Source of the DNA: an uncultured bacterium
GTDB lineage: Bacteria; Eisenbacteria; RBG-16-71-46; CAIMUX01; WJJG01
Direction of reading: 5' to 3'
DNA length: 64,000 nucleotides
Assembly: GCA_964573295.1 (NCBI GenBank)
Contig: CAZNJE010000002.1
Span: forward strand, 31,351-95,350
The notes under the pieces are model-generated. The model saw only the letters and a list, made by a program, of their open reading frames with translations, was not told where the DNA came from and ran no database searches. The position numbers were made by a program, and so were the translations under genes. Each line of letters opens with the position of its first letter. Within the stretch, counting starts at the first letter, position 1. This document shows, in pieces, positions 40,872-50,690 of the stretch.

Positions 40872-42230
40872 CTATCGGTACGTCCGCACCAGATAGTCCT
40901 TGAACGCGTCGTAGTCGGTCTCGAGTTCGACGTAGTTCTCGCTCTTCTCGTCCAGTCCCTGGAGACTGGCCGGCAGCTCCGGATCGATCTTGATGAGTTC
41001 GCGGATCTCTTCAGGAAACTTCGCTGGGTGGGCGGTCTCGAGCGAGACGGCGATCTGTCCGGCGGCCTGCGGCTCGGCGGTGAGATAACGCTGAAGCCCG
41101 GCCCACCCCACGGCGCCGTGCGGCTCCAGAATGGTCTCATGGTCGGTGTAGGTCCGCACGATCGTCGCACGCGTCGCTTCATCGTCGATGCTGGTAGCAA
41201 AAAGGTCCTCGCGCATGCGCGACAGATCCGGAGCCCGGTGGAGCCGCCCCACCTCATCCATGTGACCGCCGTAGAGATCCACCACCCGGGCCAGGTTCGA
41301 TGGGTGTCCCACGTTCATCGCGTTGCTGATGCAGCGTCGCGAGGGCTCGATCTTCTCGTAGCGACCGGTGGCCAAGAAGCACGGGAACTCATCGTTGGCA
41401 TTGGTGGCGATCACGAAGCGGTGAACGGGCAGGCCCATCTGAAAAGCCAGGAGGCCGCCCATCATGTCGCCGAAATTGCCCGAAGGCACCGAGAAGATCA
41501 CCGGTTGACCGCCAGCCGCATCGGTGAGCTGCACGGCCGCATACACGTAGTAGACCGACTGAGGCAGCAAGCGGCCGATGTTGATCGAGTTGGCCGAAGA
41601 CAGATTCAGATCCACCAGATCCGGATCCGCGAAGGCCTGCTTCACCAACGCCTGGCAGTTATCGAACTTGCTGTCCAGCGCCAGGGTGGCCACGTTGCCG
41701 CCCAAGGTCGTCATCTGACGGCGCTGTCGGTTCGACACCTCGTGGATCGGGAAGAGCACGACCACCCGGATGCCCTCGACGCCCTGGAAGGCGTGGGCGA
41801 TCGCCGATCCGGTATCGCCCGAGGTCGCCGTCAAGATCAGGATCTCCCGCCCCCGCTCGCGCGCCAGGCGCCCCAGTGCCCGGCCCATGAACCGGGCCGC
41901 GAAGTCCTTGAAAGAAGCGGTCGGGCCCTGGTCGAGCCGCATCACGTAGCGATCCCTCTCGACGCGCTCCAGGGGCACCGCGAAGTCGTAGGCGTCGTGA
42001 CAGATCTCGCGCAAGGCGTCGGGTGTGAAGCTGCCGTCGGCGAACGGGGTCATGATCTGGGCCGCCAGTTCCGGGTAGCTTTTCTCACGCGCCGCCTTCA
42101 GGAATCCCGGCCGGAAGCTGGGGATGGGGCGAGGCATGAAGAGTCCCCTGTCGCCGGCTTGTCCCTGAAGCAGCGCGCCGGCCAGATCCGCCTCGGGCAC
42201 GTTGTGATTCGTGCTGTAGTAGGTCGTCAT
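40872..42230 (-). CDS. thrC: Threonine synthase
   Basis: PLP-enzyme motifs (FKDFAARFM, SGNFGDMMGG) with full-length ThrC similarity. GGAGGA SD. Confidence 0.9.
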   Translation of the reverse strand: MTTYYSTNHNVPEADLAGALLQGQAGDRGLFMPRPIPSFRPGFLKAAREKSYPELAAQIMTPFADGSFTPDALREICHDAYDFAVPLERVERDRYVMRLDQGPTASFKDFAARFMGRALGRLARERGREILILTATSGDTGSAIAHAFQGVEGIRVVVLFPIHEVSNRQRRQMTTLGGNVATLALDSKFDNCQALVKQAFADPDLVDLNLSSANSINIGRLLPQSVYYVYAAVQLTDAAGGQPVIFSVPSGNFGDMMGGLLAFQMGLPVHRFVIATNANDEFPCFLATGRYEKIEPSRRCISNAMNVGHPSNLARVVDLYGGHMDEVGRLHRAPDLSRMREDLFATSIDDEATRATIVRTYTDHETILEPHGAVGWAGLQRYLTAEPQAAGQIAVSLETAHPAKFPEEIRELIKIDPELPASLQGLDEKSENYVELETDYDAFKDYLVRTYR

Positions 42231-42257
42231 GGGTCCTCCGCGAGCGGCTGCTCCGCA

Positions 42258-43763
42258 CTAGTTCCCGGGCCTGGCGTAGGATGCGCCTCCCACACTGAAG
42301 GCCGACGGCACACTCACCGTCACCCGCCCGGTGATGGCGGCCAGCGCTTGGTCGAGGTCGGCGATGATATCATCAGTATGCTCGCCACCCACACACAGAC
42401 GCACCAAGTTCGGCGGAATGTCGGCCATTTTGCGTCCTTCTTCACCCTGTTGTGAATGCGTCGAGATCGCCGGGATCGTGGCGACCGACTTGATCCGTCC
42501 CAGGTCGGTGGCCCGCCAGATACGCTGCATGGCATCGAAGACCGTGCGGGTCGGCGCCGCCCCGCCCTTGACGCGGAAGGACATGAGGTGGCCGTAGCGG
42601 TTGACCTTCTCCCCGTACTGCTTATCAAACTCACTGTCGACCAGATACAGATAGCGGCTGGCCAACTCGTGCAGAGGATGCCCGGGGAGACCGAGGTAGT
42701 CGACCTGCTCGATCTGCGGGTGCGAGCCCAGGAATTCAGCCACGGCCATCGTGTTGCGACTGAAGAGATCCACCTTCGACCGTAACGTGCGAATGTCGTT
42801 GAGTGAGAGGATCGCGTTCATGGGCGAGAGGTTCTGCCCGTTGTCGCGGTTGGGCAGCGTCTTCAAGTACATGGCGAAATCGCTGGTCATTTCCTCGGAG
42901 GCATACCGACAGGTCAAGTTCTTGCGCGCGATCACCGCGCCGGCAATGCCGAAGCCCGAGGAGGTCAGCGTCTTGGTCACCGACTGGATGACGACGTCGG
43001 CGCCGTGGCAGAGCGGTCGCAGCAGCGCTGGTGAAGCGACCGTGTTGTCGATGATGAGCGGCAGACCGTGCTGGTGCGCGATCTGGGCTACGCGCTCCAG
43101 ATCGAAGAAGGCCTGGCCGGGATTCGACGGCAGCTCGCCATAGAGAAAGCGCGTGTTCTCATCGATCTTCGAGACCCACTCCTCGGCATCGGCTGAGTTG
43201 ATCACCCACCGGCACTCGATACCCCGCTCCTGCATCTTACGGACGGCAAACTGCTGGAACGTACCGCCGTAGACCTGGCAGGTAGCGACAAAGTTGATCG
43301 GCCGGCTGGGCTCCTTGGAATCGACACACAGGAAGGCGTCGGTGGCACTCAGGATCGCCGCCATGCCCGAGGAGGTGGCCACGCAGGAGGTCTCCCCGTC
43401 GAAACCGTACCCCTCGAGCATCGCCAGGGTGTTCTCGAGATAGTAGAGACTGGGGTTGGCGATGCGCGAATAGCACCAGGTCGGGATCTGGTAGCCGAGC
43501 GCCGCTTCCATCTCGTCGGAATCGCGATAGGCCTGCGAGGACGCCATGTAGATCGGTTCGATGATCGAGCCCTGATTGTGATTCAGAGCCTCGTTCATCG
43601 TGTAGAGGCCGTGGACGGCGATCGTGTCGAATCGGCAGGCGCGCATCTTGCCAAGCGCCTCGGCACGCTGCTGAGCCGCCACCTCGGCCGCCTTCACGTA
43701 ACGGGCCACGCCGCCGTCTCCCGCGCTGCCTGTGTTCTGCTGCTGCATGCTTTCATCCGCCAT
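42258..43763 (-). CDS. PLP-dependent Cys/Met-metabolism enzyme (O-acetylhomoserine aminocarboxypropyltransferase / MetY-like)
   Basis: Family similarity including the SVTKTLTSSG lysine region. AGGAGGGG SD. Confidence 0.8.
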   Translation of the reverse strand: MADESMQQQNTGSAGDGGVARYVKAAEVAAQQRAEALGKMRACRFDTIAVHGLYTMNEALNHNQGSIIEPIYMASSQAYRDSDEMEAALGYQIPTWCYSRIANPSLYYLENTLAMLEGYGFDGETSCVATSSGMAAILSATDAFLCVDSKEPSRPINFVATCQVYGGTFQQFAVRKMQERGIECRWVINSADAEEWVSKIDENTRFLYGELPSNPGQAFFDLERVAQIAHQHGLPLIIDNTVASPALLRPLCHGADVVIQSVTKTLTSSGFGIAGAVIARKNLTCRYASEEMTSDFAMYLKTLPNRDNGQNLSPMNAILSLNDIRTLRSKVDLFSRNTMAVAEFLGSHPQIEQVDYLGLPGHPLHELASRYLYLVDSEFDKQYGEKVNRYGHLMSFRVKGGAAPTRTVFDAMQRIWRATDLGRIKSVATIPAISTHSQQGEEGRKMADIPPNLVRLCVGGEHTDDIIADLDQALAAITGRVTVSVPSAFSVGGASYARPGN

Positions 43764-43766
43764 GGC

Positions 43767-44258
43767 TTACCCCTCCTGTGTGGTCGGGCTGCCGGCCCGG
43801 ACCGACTCGAGTGCGTACCCGTCGTCCTCTTTGACCGTCGAGAGGATCAGGAAGGTCTCCTGCTTCTCGAGGCCGCGGAGACCCGCCAGGGTGTGCTTGG
43901 CGAGCTCGCGGAGGTGATCGATGTCCCGCACGACCACATGCAGGATGTAGTCGTACTGCCCGGTGACGTGGTAGCAGGCCTTCACCTCCGGAACGCTCCG
44001 CACCTGCGCCTCGAAGGCATCGATCACGCCCGGTTCGTGCCGGTTGAGATTGATCTGAACCATGGCCTGCACGTGCAACCCCAGGGCATGGGGATCGAGT
44101 CGCGCGTGATAGCCGGTGATGACACCGCGCTCCTCCAGGCGCCGCACGCGTTCCAAGGTGGTCGAGGGAGCCAAGCCCGACTGGCGTGACAGCTCGACGT
44201 TGGTCACCCTGCCCTGCGCCTGCAACAGAGAGGCCAGTTTGAGATCGGTGGTGTCCAT
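43767..44258 (-). CDS. Lrp/AsnC-family transcriptional regulator
   Basis: HTH (DLKLASLLQAQGRVTNVELSRQSGLAPSTTLERVRRLE) plus RAM domain. Confidence 0.85.
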   Translation of the reverse strand: MDTTDLKLASLLQAQGRVTNVELSRQSGLAPSTTLERVRRLEERGVITGYHARLDPHALGLHVQAMVQINLNRHEPGVIDAFEAQVRSVPEVKACYHVTGQYDYILHVVVRDIDHLRELAKHTLAGLRGLEKQETFLILSTVKEDDGYALESVRAGSPTTQEG

Positions 44259-44541
44259 GGCGGAATCCTATCGTTGAATATTCGTAAATCACAAGCACTC
44301 ACGAGTCCTTTATTCGACAAAGCGGCCGAATTGCAAGATCATTATTCACCTTTATTGCATCCAGATCGAATCTGACTCGATCTCCCCATCACCTACTCCA
44401 GCCCATGAGAATGGCGGCCCCAGCACGCTGCCGGGGCCGCCTCTATTGTCCTCAGACTGATCCGCAATCGCTTCCGCAATCGCTCGGCAATCGCTCCGCG
44501 ATGTCTCCGGGATGTCTCCGCGATTCTCCGCTACTCCTCCG

Positions 44542-45366
44542 CTACTTCTCCGCCTGATGCATCACGACCTGCGGGAAGGGAATCTCGATGCCGTTGGTGT
44601 CGAACTCCTCCTTGATCTTGCGCGTCAGGTCGAACTTGACGCCCCAGTAGTCGGAGGTCTTCACCCAGGGACGAGCGACCAGGTTCACACTGGAGTCGGC
44701 CAGCTCGGATACGGCGATCTGATACGCCGGATCTTTGAGCACGCGCTCGTCGGACTCGAAGGTCTTCTTGATGATCTCCTCGGCCTTGGCGATCGAGGAG
44801 CCGTAGCCGATGCCGAAGACCATGTCGACCCGGCGGGTGTCGTTGGCGGTGATGTTCTTGATCGTGTCGCCGAAGATCTTGCTGTTGGGAATCATGATCC
44901 TGATGTTATCCGGCGTGGTCATCTCGGTCGTGAAGATGCCCATGTCCCGGATCGTGCCGGCGGCCCCGCCCGCGTCCACGTAGTCACCGATCTTATACGG
45001 CCGGAACACCAGCAGCATGATCCCGGCCGCGAAGTTCGAAAGCGAGCCCTGCAGCGCAAAACCGATGGCGAAGCCGGCCGCACCCAAGACGGCGACCAGC
45101 GAGGCGGTCTCGACCCCGAAGTTGCCCAAGGCGGCCACCACCGCGAAGATGATCACCAGGTAGTAGACGATTGCGCTCGTGAAACCCACGATGGCCGGAT
45201 CGGTCTTCGAACGGGTCATGGCGTTTCGAACCAACTTGCGCGCCCAGCCAGCAACGATGCGACCGGCGATCAGCACCAGAATGGCGCCGATCACACTTAT
45301 CCCGTAGGTGGTCGCGAACTTGACGATCGTGTTCATGATCTGTTCCATCGTGCTCAGTTCTTCCAT
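44542..45366 (-). CDS. MscS-family small-conductance mechanosensitive channel
   Basis: 3 TM plus MscS beta-domain (FRPYKIGDYVDAGGAAGTIRDMGIFTTEMTTPDN). GAGGAGGAGAGG SD. Confidence 0.85.
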   Translation of the reverse strand: MEELSTMEQIMNTIVKFATTYGISVIGAILVLIAGRIVAGWARKLVRNAMTRSKTDPAIVGFTSAIVYYLVIIFAVVAALGNFGVETASLVAVLGAAGFAIGFALQGSLSNFAAGIMLLVFRPYKIGDYVDAGGAAGTIRDMGIFTTEMTTPDNIRIMIPNSKIFGDTIKNITANDTRRVDMVFGIGYGSSIAKAEEIIKKTFESDERVLKDPAYQIAVSELADSSVNLVARPWVKTSDYWGVKFDLTRKIKEEFDTNGIEIPFPQVVMHQAEK

Positions 45367-45468
45367 CTGCCTCTCCTCCTCACCGGCGCCGCCCGGGGCG
45401 CCTCACTTGTGTCGATCTCGTGATCGCGATACCGATCTCCTGGTCGTCCTCTCTAGCACCAAGAGGGG

Positions 45469-46395
45469 TTAGAACAGCGTGTAGCTCAAGCCCAAACCCA
45501 ACGTCTCGCGGAACCGGCCACGCTCGTCGATCTCCTTGTCGTACAGCAGCTCGGCAAACAGGCTCACCTGGATGTATTTGGCGACATTGGCCGAGAAGGT
45601 GTTCTCCCAGGCCAGGTCAGCGGTCTTCCAGTCGTCGTTCTCGAACTCGTCTTCTTCGGAGTTGAAGAGCGCTTGGAAGACGCGCAGCTTCGAGACGTAC
45701 TTCAGGTTGTCGCCGCCGAAGGTGTGGGCGAAATCGGTGACCCACTCCAGGCCGCCGTCGGTGACGCTCTCGCTGTCGACCTCCTCGGGATCATAGTCGA
45801 CGACATTCTTCATGAGATGCTGCCGCATGGCGAAACCGACGCGGGAGAAGAGCTCAGTCTGCTCATTCTTGAGGATGCTGCGCCCCAGGCCCACCGATTC
45901 GGTCAAGGTGATCGGGTCGAGGGCCTTATTCAAACTCTGCGTCGAATCCGCCTCGTTCGTGTGCACCTTGTAGAACTGACTCTCGAAGGTGAACGCGGCA
46001 TAGGGGTCGGCGAAATAGCCCAGGGTCATTCGCAATAACGACTCGAAAAACATCCGGTCGGTCGACTTCTCCGGCGACTCCCATTGGCGCTTGCGGTCAT
46101 CACCGATGTACTCGTTGTGCGTCTGCCCGAAAGCCAGCTTCAGTGTGTTACGCCAGTCGAACTGCTCGCTGAGCCTTTTCTCGGCCGTGACGTTGGCCTT
46201 GGCCGTCCAGATGATCGAGCCGTTCTCCTCGCCATCCCACGAATCGCTGTAGCTGGCCTGGTTGAGGTTGAGCGACAGATCCGCCGTCGTCTGCCAGCCG
46301 GTCACGGGTTCTTCCTGCCCGGCCGCCACGCCTACTCCCATACCCGCTGCCATCAGCAGCCCTACCCACAGCGACACCATCATCCTCGTCTTCAT
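45469..46395 (-). CDS. Putative outer-membrane beta-barrel protein
   Basis: Signal peptide, alternating amphipathic beta-strand pattern, C-terminal ...LGLSYTLF aromatic terminus. GGAGG SD. Confidence 0.55.
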   Translation of the reverse strand: MKTRMMVSLWVGLLMAAGMGVGVAAGQEEPVTGWQTTADLSLNLNQASYSDSWDGEENGSIIWTAKANVTAEKRLSEQFDWRNTLKLAFGQTHNEYIGDDRKRQWESPEKSTDRMFFESLLRMTLGYFADPYAAFTFESQFYKVHTNEADSTQSLNKALDPITLTESVGLGRSILKNEQTELFSRVGFAMRQHLMKNVVDYDPEEVDSESVTDGGLEWVTDFAHTFGGDNLKYVSKLRVFQALFNSEEDEFENDDWKTADLAWENTFSANVAKYIQVSLFAELLYDKEIDERGRFRETLGLGLSYTLF

Positions 46396-46732
46396 GGCAC
46401 AAGATCCTCCCTGGCGTGACCAGATCTCGGCCGTGCCACGACCCGTCCGGGCACGACACGTCCCCGTGATGAATTCACGCCCCTTTTGGGGTTCTCCTAT
46501 CGAGAGTGGTCTTGAGATTGCACTCTACGTTTCACACGTTCTGCGGGGCCGGAGAAGCGCACGGCCCGCCCACTTCACGGCCAGCATGATGAAGCGAACC
46601 ATCGTTGCAAGAGAAGGTTCCGTCCCGCGGAGCCTGGGAATGGTGGAGGACAACGCTTGCCGATGTCAAGCGCGCGTGGCCGGAGATGCCTGTCACGAGA
46701 GGGCCCGAGGCCACCTAAGCGCAAGCCCCGAG

Positions 46733-46864
46733 GGCCCATCTGCGCCGCCCCCGAGCCTCCTTGGCGCCAGCCCGGCGGCCCATCTGCGCCGCCCCCGAGC
46801 CTCCTTGGCGCCAGCCCGGCGGCCCATCTGCGCCGCCCCCGAGCCTCCTCAGCGCCGGCTGGTC
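46733..46864. repeat. 44-bp tandem repeat x3 downstream of glnS
   Basis: cccatctgcgccgcccccgagcctccttggcgccagcccggcgg repeated with a 44-nt period (46735, 46779, 46823). Confidence 0.9.
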
Positions 46865-48569
46865 AGGGTTGTATCGACTTCTTGATCTTCGCCCAAGTGT
46901 CGCGCAGGGTCACCGTCCGGTTGAACACGGGCGCCGCGGGACTCGAGTCTTCCGAATCCATGCAGAAATAACCCTGGCGCTCGAACTGCAGAAAATCCCC
47001 TATTCGAGCCTCGGCCGCCGCGGGCTCGACCTTGCAACCTGGCAGAACCGTGAGGGAGTCGGAATTGATGCTGTCGACGAACGACCCCCCCTCGGGCACC
47101 TCCTGCGGGTTCTCCTTGGTGAAGAGGTGGTCGTAGAGGCGGACCTCGGCATCATGGGCGTGCTGAGCCGATACCCAGTGCAACGTAGCTTTCACCTTGC
47201 GGCCGTCGGGCGCGTTCCCGCCCCGCGTGGCAGGATCATAGGTGCAGCGCAACTCGACGATCTCGCCGGTGGCTGGGTCCTTGACGACTTCCTCGCACTT
47301 GATGAAATAAGCGTAGCGCAGGCGCACCTCCCGGCCGGGGCCCAGACGGAAGAACTTCTTGGGCGGGTCCTCCATGAAGTCATCACGCTCGATGTAGAGC
47401 TCACCGGAGAACGGGACCATTCGAGTACCGGCCGAAGCGTCCTCGGGGTTGTTGATGCACTCGACCTCTTCGGCCTCATTCACCGGGTAGTTCGTGATCA
47501 CGACCTTGAGCGGCTTGAGAACCGCCATGAGCCGCTGGGCCCGCTTGTTCAGGTCCTCCCGCAGGCAGAACTCGAGCAGGGCCAGGTCCACCACGTTCTC
47601 GCGTTTGGCGATTCCGATACGTCCCAGGAAGTCGCGGATCGCGGGCGGCGAATAGCCCCGCCGACGCATCCCCTTGAGGGTGGGCATCCGTGGGTCGTCC
47701 CAGCCGGCCACGTAGCCTTCCTCCACGAGCTGGCGCAGACGACGCTTGCTCAGCACCGTGTTGGTCATGTTCATGCGGGCGAACTCATACTGCTTCGAGG
47801 GAAAGACCCCCAGGGTCTCGATGTACCAGTCGTAGAGCGGCCGGTGATCGACGAACTCGATCGAACACAGCGAATGGGTCACCCGCTCGATCGAATCCGA
47901 CAGGCAGTGGGTGAAGTCGTACATCGGGTAGATGCACCATGTGTCCCCGGTCCGGTGGTGGTGCGCACGAAGGATGCGGTAGACCACCGGATCGCGCATG
48001 TTTAGGTTGCCGGCCGCCATGTCGATCTTCGCCCGCAGGGTCCGGGACCCGTCGGGAAATTCCCCGGCTCGCATGCGCGTGAACAGATCCAGGTTCTCCT
48101 CGATCGAGCGATCTCGGAAGGGGCTCTCCTTGCCCGGCTCGGTGAGCGTGCCCCGGTACTCGCGCATCTGGTCGGGTGTGAGGTCGCAGACGTAGGCCTT
48201 GCCCATCTTGACCAGCTGGATCGCGTAGTCGTAGAGCTGCTCGAAGTAGTCGGAGGCGAAGTAGAGCCGGTCCTCCCAGTCGTAGCCGAGCCAGCGAATG
48301 TCGGCCTGGATGCCGTCGACGAACTCCTGCTCTTCCTTGATCGGGTTGGTGTCGTCGAAGCGCAGGTTGCACTGGCCACCGAATTCCTCGGCCACGCTGA
48401 AGTTCAGGTGAATCGCCTTGGCGTGCCCGATGTGGAGATATCCGTTCGGCTCCGGGGGAAAGCGAGTCTGAACGGTCTCGTGCTTCCCCGCGGCCAGATC
48501 GGTCTGGATGATCGCCCGCACGAAATCCACCTGGGCCGTCTCGTTCGAGTTCTTCGTCGGATCGCTCAT
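46863..48569 (-). CDS. glnS: Glutaminyl-tRNA synthetase
   Basis: HIGH ([12 protein letters not shown]) and KMSKS-like (VLSKRR) motifs, anticodon-binding beta-barrels. ATG at 48569. Confidence 0.9.
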   Translation of the reverse strand: MSDPTKNSNETAQVDFVRAIIQTDLAAGKHETVQTRFPPEPNGYLHIGHAKAIHLNFSVAEEFGGQCNLRFDDTNPIKEEQEFVDGIQADIRWLGYDWEDRLYFASDYFEQLYDYAIQLVKMGKAYVCDLTPDQMREYRGTLTEPGKESPFRDRSIEENLDLFTRMRAGEFPDGSRTLRAKIDMAAGNLNMRDPVVYRILRAHHHRTGDTWCIYPMYDFTHCLSDSIERVTHSLCSIEFVDHRPLYDWYIETLGVFPSKQYEFARMNMTNTVLSKRRLRQLVEEGYVAGWDDPRMPTLKGMRRRGYSPPAIRDFLGRIGIAKRENVVDLALLEFCLREDLNKRAQRLMAVLKPLKVVITNYPVNEAEEVECINNPEDASAGTRMVPFSGELYIERDDFMEDPPKKFFRLGPGREVRLRYAYFIKCEEVVKDPATGEIVELRCTYDPATRGGNAPDGRKVKATLHWVSAQHAHDAEVRLYDHLFTKENPQEVPEGGSFVDSINSDSLTVLPGCKVEPAAAEARIGDFLQFERQGYFCMDSEDSSPAAPVFNRTVTLRDTWAKIKKSIQP

Positions 48570-48678
48570 GTGAACATCTCTCCCGCGCGAGGCCTTCGCG
48601 CTCCATGTCTCCGCAGCGACTCTCCGGGGCATTCGTGTGATGCCATCGGGCTCGCCCTCGGCCGCCCGATCGCGCTCT

Positions 48679-48750
48679 CCCTCGCTGGTCGGACCGGGTG
48701 CCCCCTCGCTGGTCGGACCGGGCACCCCCCCGCTGGTCCGACCGGGCCGA
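48679..48750. repeat. 24-bp tandem repeat x3 between gltX and glnS
   Basis: ctcgctggtcggaccgggtgcccc-like units at 48681, 48705 and 48729. Confidence 0.85.
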
Positions 48751-48756
48751 CCCGAC

Positions 48757-50250
48757 CTACTCACCTCCGAAGAGAGCGGCGTACTCCTTCTCCAGTTTCT
48801 TGAGCCGTTTCGAGGAGACGCCACCCAGCAGCTCGATCGCCCGGCGCAATCGCATGCGCACCATGTCCGAGCCCAGCACCTCCATCGAGCCGTAGAGCGG
48901 CGTCCACACCTTGGTGCCACTCAAGGCCACATAGAGCGGCAAATTGAGGTCGCGGACCTTGACCTCGATCCGCTCGGCGATCTGCTTCAGGCAACCCTCG
49001 ATCCGTTCGGCGGTGAACTCCCGCAGCTTCTCGAGCTCCCAGACCACCATCTGCAGAATCGCTACCAGGTCTTCCACCTCCTTGCCCTTCATTTTCAGCT
49101 GCTCGAGATCCACCGCCACCTCGTCGCTGAAGAAGGGTGCGGTCAAACGGCCCCAGTCGGCCATCGTCTCGAGCCGGGGATGGATCAAGGGCATGATGCG
49201 GTCGAAAGTCTCGGTGTTCAAGGCCCAGGCTTCGAGCTGGCGCCGCAGGCCCTGGTCGTCGTAATCCTCGCGCAGGTACCGGCCGTTGAGCCAGCGCAGC
49301 TTGTCGGTGTCGAAGACCGGCCCGCCCAGGGAGATATCCTCCAGCTTCAGGTGCTCGGCCATCTGCTCGCGGGTGAACTTCTCCTCCCCATCGGGCATCA
49401 ACCAGCCCATCATCCCCAGGAAGTTCAGCAGCGCTTCGGGCAAATAGCCGGCGCGCCGGTAGTAGTGGATCGAGGTCGGGTTCTTGCGCTTCGAGAGCTT
49501 GGTCTTGTTGGCATCGTTGTTGCGCAAGAGGGGCAGGTGGCAGAAGACCGGAGGCTCCCACCCGAAATGCTCGTAGAGCTTCAGGTGCTTCGGCACCGAG
49601 TTGATCCACTCCTCGCCGCGGATGACGTGGGTCACCCCCATCAGATGGTCATCGACCACGTTGGCCAGATGGTAGGTCGGCAACCCGTCGGACTTCATGA
49701 TCACCTGGTCGTCGACCGAGGCCCAGTCCTTGCGAATCTCGCCGCGCAGGAGATCGTGCATCACGCACTCGCCTTCCAGCGGGATCTTAATCCGGACCAC
49801 GTGCGGCTCTCCCGCCTTCGCCCGGCGTTGCGCCTCTTCGGGCGGGATCGACCGGCAGTGGCGGTCGTAGCCCAACTGGGAGGCCTTCTCGGCCTGCAGG
49901 CGGACCCGCATCTCATCGAGCCGCTCCTTCGTGCAGAAGCAGCGGTAGGCGTGCCCGGCCTCCAGCAGGCGCTCCACGTGCTCGGTGTAGATTGCCGAGC
50001 GCTCGCTCTGGCGGTATGGCGCGTGCGGACCGCCCACATCGGGCCCTTCGTCCCACTGCAACCCGAGCCAGCGCAGCGAGGAAAGGATGGCCTCCTCGGA
50101 CTGCTTGGTGGAACGTACCTGGTCGGTGTCCTCGATGCGAAGGATGAACGTGCCGCCGCGGCCCTTCGCGAAGGCGTGGTTGAACAGCGCCTGGTACGCC
50201 GTACCGACGTGGGGATCCCCGGTCGGCGAAGGCGCGATGCGGGTGCGCAC
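48757..50250 (-). CDS. gltX: Glutamyl-tRNA synthetase
   Basis: HIGH ([12 protein letters not shown]) and KLSKR motifs. A GTG at 50250 gives the canonical (M)[11 protein letters not shown]-terminus. The ORF stays open to 50457, encoding a Pro-rich low-complexity extension. Confidence 0.85.
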   Translation of the reverse strand: MRTRIAPSPTGDPHVGTAYQALFNHAFAKGRGGTFILRIEDTDQVRSTKQSEEAILSSLRWLGLQWDEGPDVGGPHAPYRQSERSAIYTEHVERLLEAGHAYRCFCTKERLDEMRVRLQAEKASQLGYDRHCRSIPPEEAQRRAKAGEPHVVRIKIPLEGECVMHDLLRGEIRKDWASVDDQVIMKSDGLPTYHLANVVDDHLMGVTHVIRGEEWINSVPKHLKLYEHFGWEPPVFCHLPLLRNNDANKTKLSKRKNPTSIHYYRRAGYLPEALLNFLGMMGWLMPDGEEKFTREQMAEHLKLEDISLGGPVFDTDKLRWLNGRYLREDYDDQGLRRQLEAWALNTETFDRIMPLIHPRLETMADWGRLTAPFFSDEVAVDLEQLKMKGKEVEDLVAILQMVVWELEKLREFTAERIEGCLKQIAERIEVKVRDLNLPLYVALSGTKVWTPLYGSMEVLGSDMVRMRLRRAIELLGGVSSKRLKKLEKEYAALFGGE

Positions 50251-50690
50251 CTCAGTTGATGGTGATGGTGTCGGGGGTGGCGGTACCGGCGGTGGTGTCG
50301 GCGGTGGCGGTGGTGGCGGTGGTGGCGGTGCCGGCGGTGGTGTCGGCGGTGTGGACGATGCCATGGAAGACCTCATGATGGTGTCCCACGTGGAACGACC
50401 TGCCTCGCAATTGCCTACGAAAAGTCCCTGCAAGAGCCCCTGCAAGAGCCCCTGCAAGAGCCCCTACGAAGAGCCCCTGCGAAAAGAGCTGATACCGCAT
50501 GCGGGCCCGATGTGGGCCCGCATGTGAAGAGAGAATGTTCGGGGTTTCAAGGGCCGGAGTCAAGCCAAGCCTGGAACGGCTCGACTCACGCGGCCCACCG
50601 TCCGGTCGATAGGGACCGTCGTAGAACACAAAGAGGTCGCCGGCGTCACCCTCAGGCAACCGCCGTCCGAGACCAACCGCCCAACGTCCT

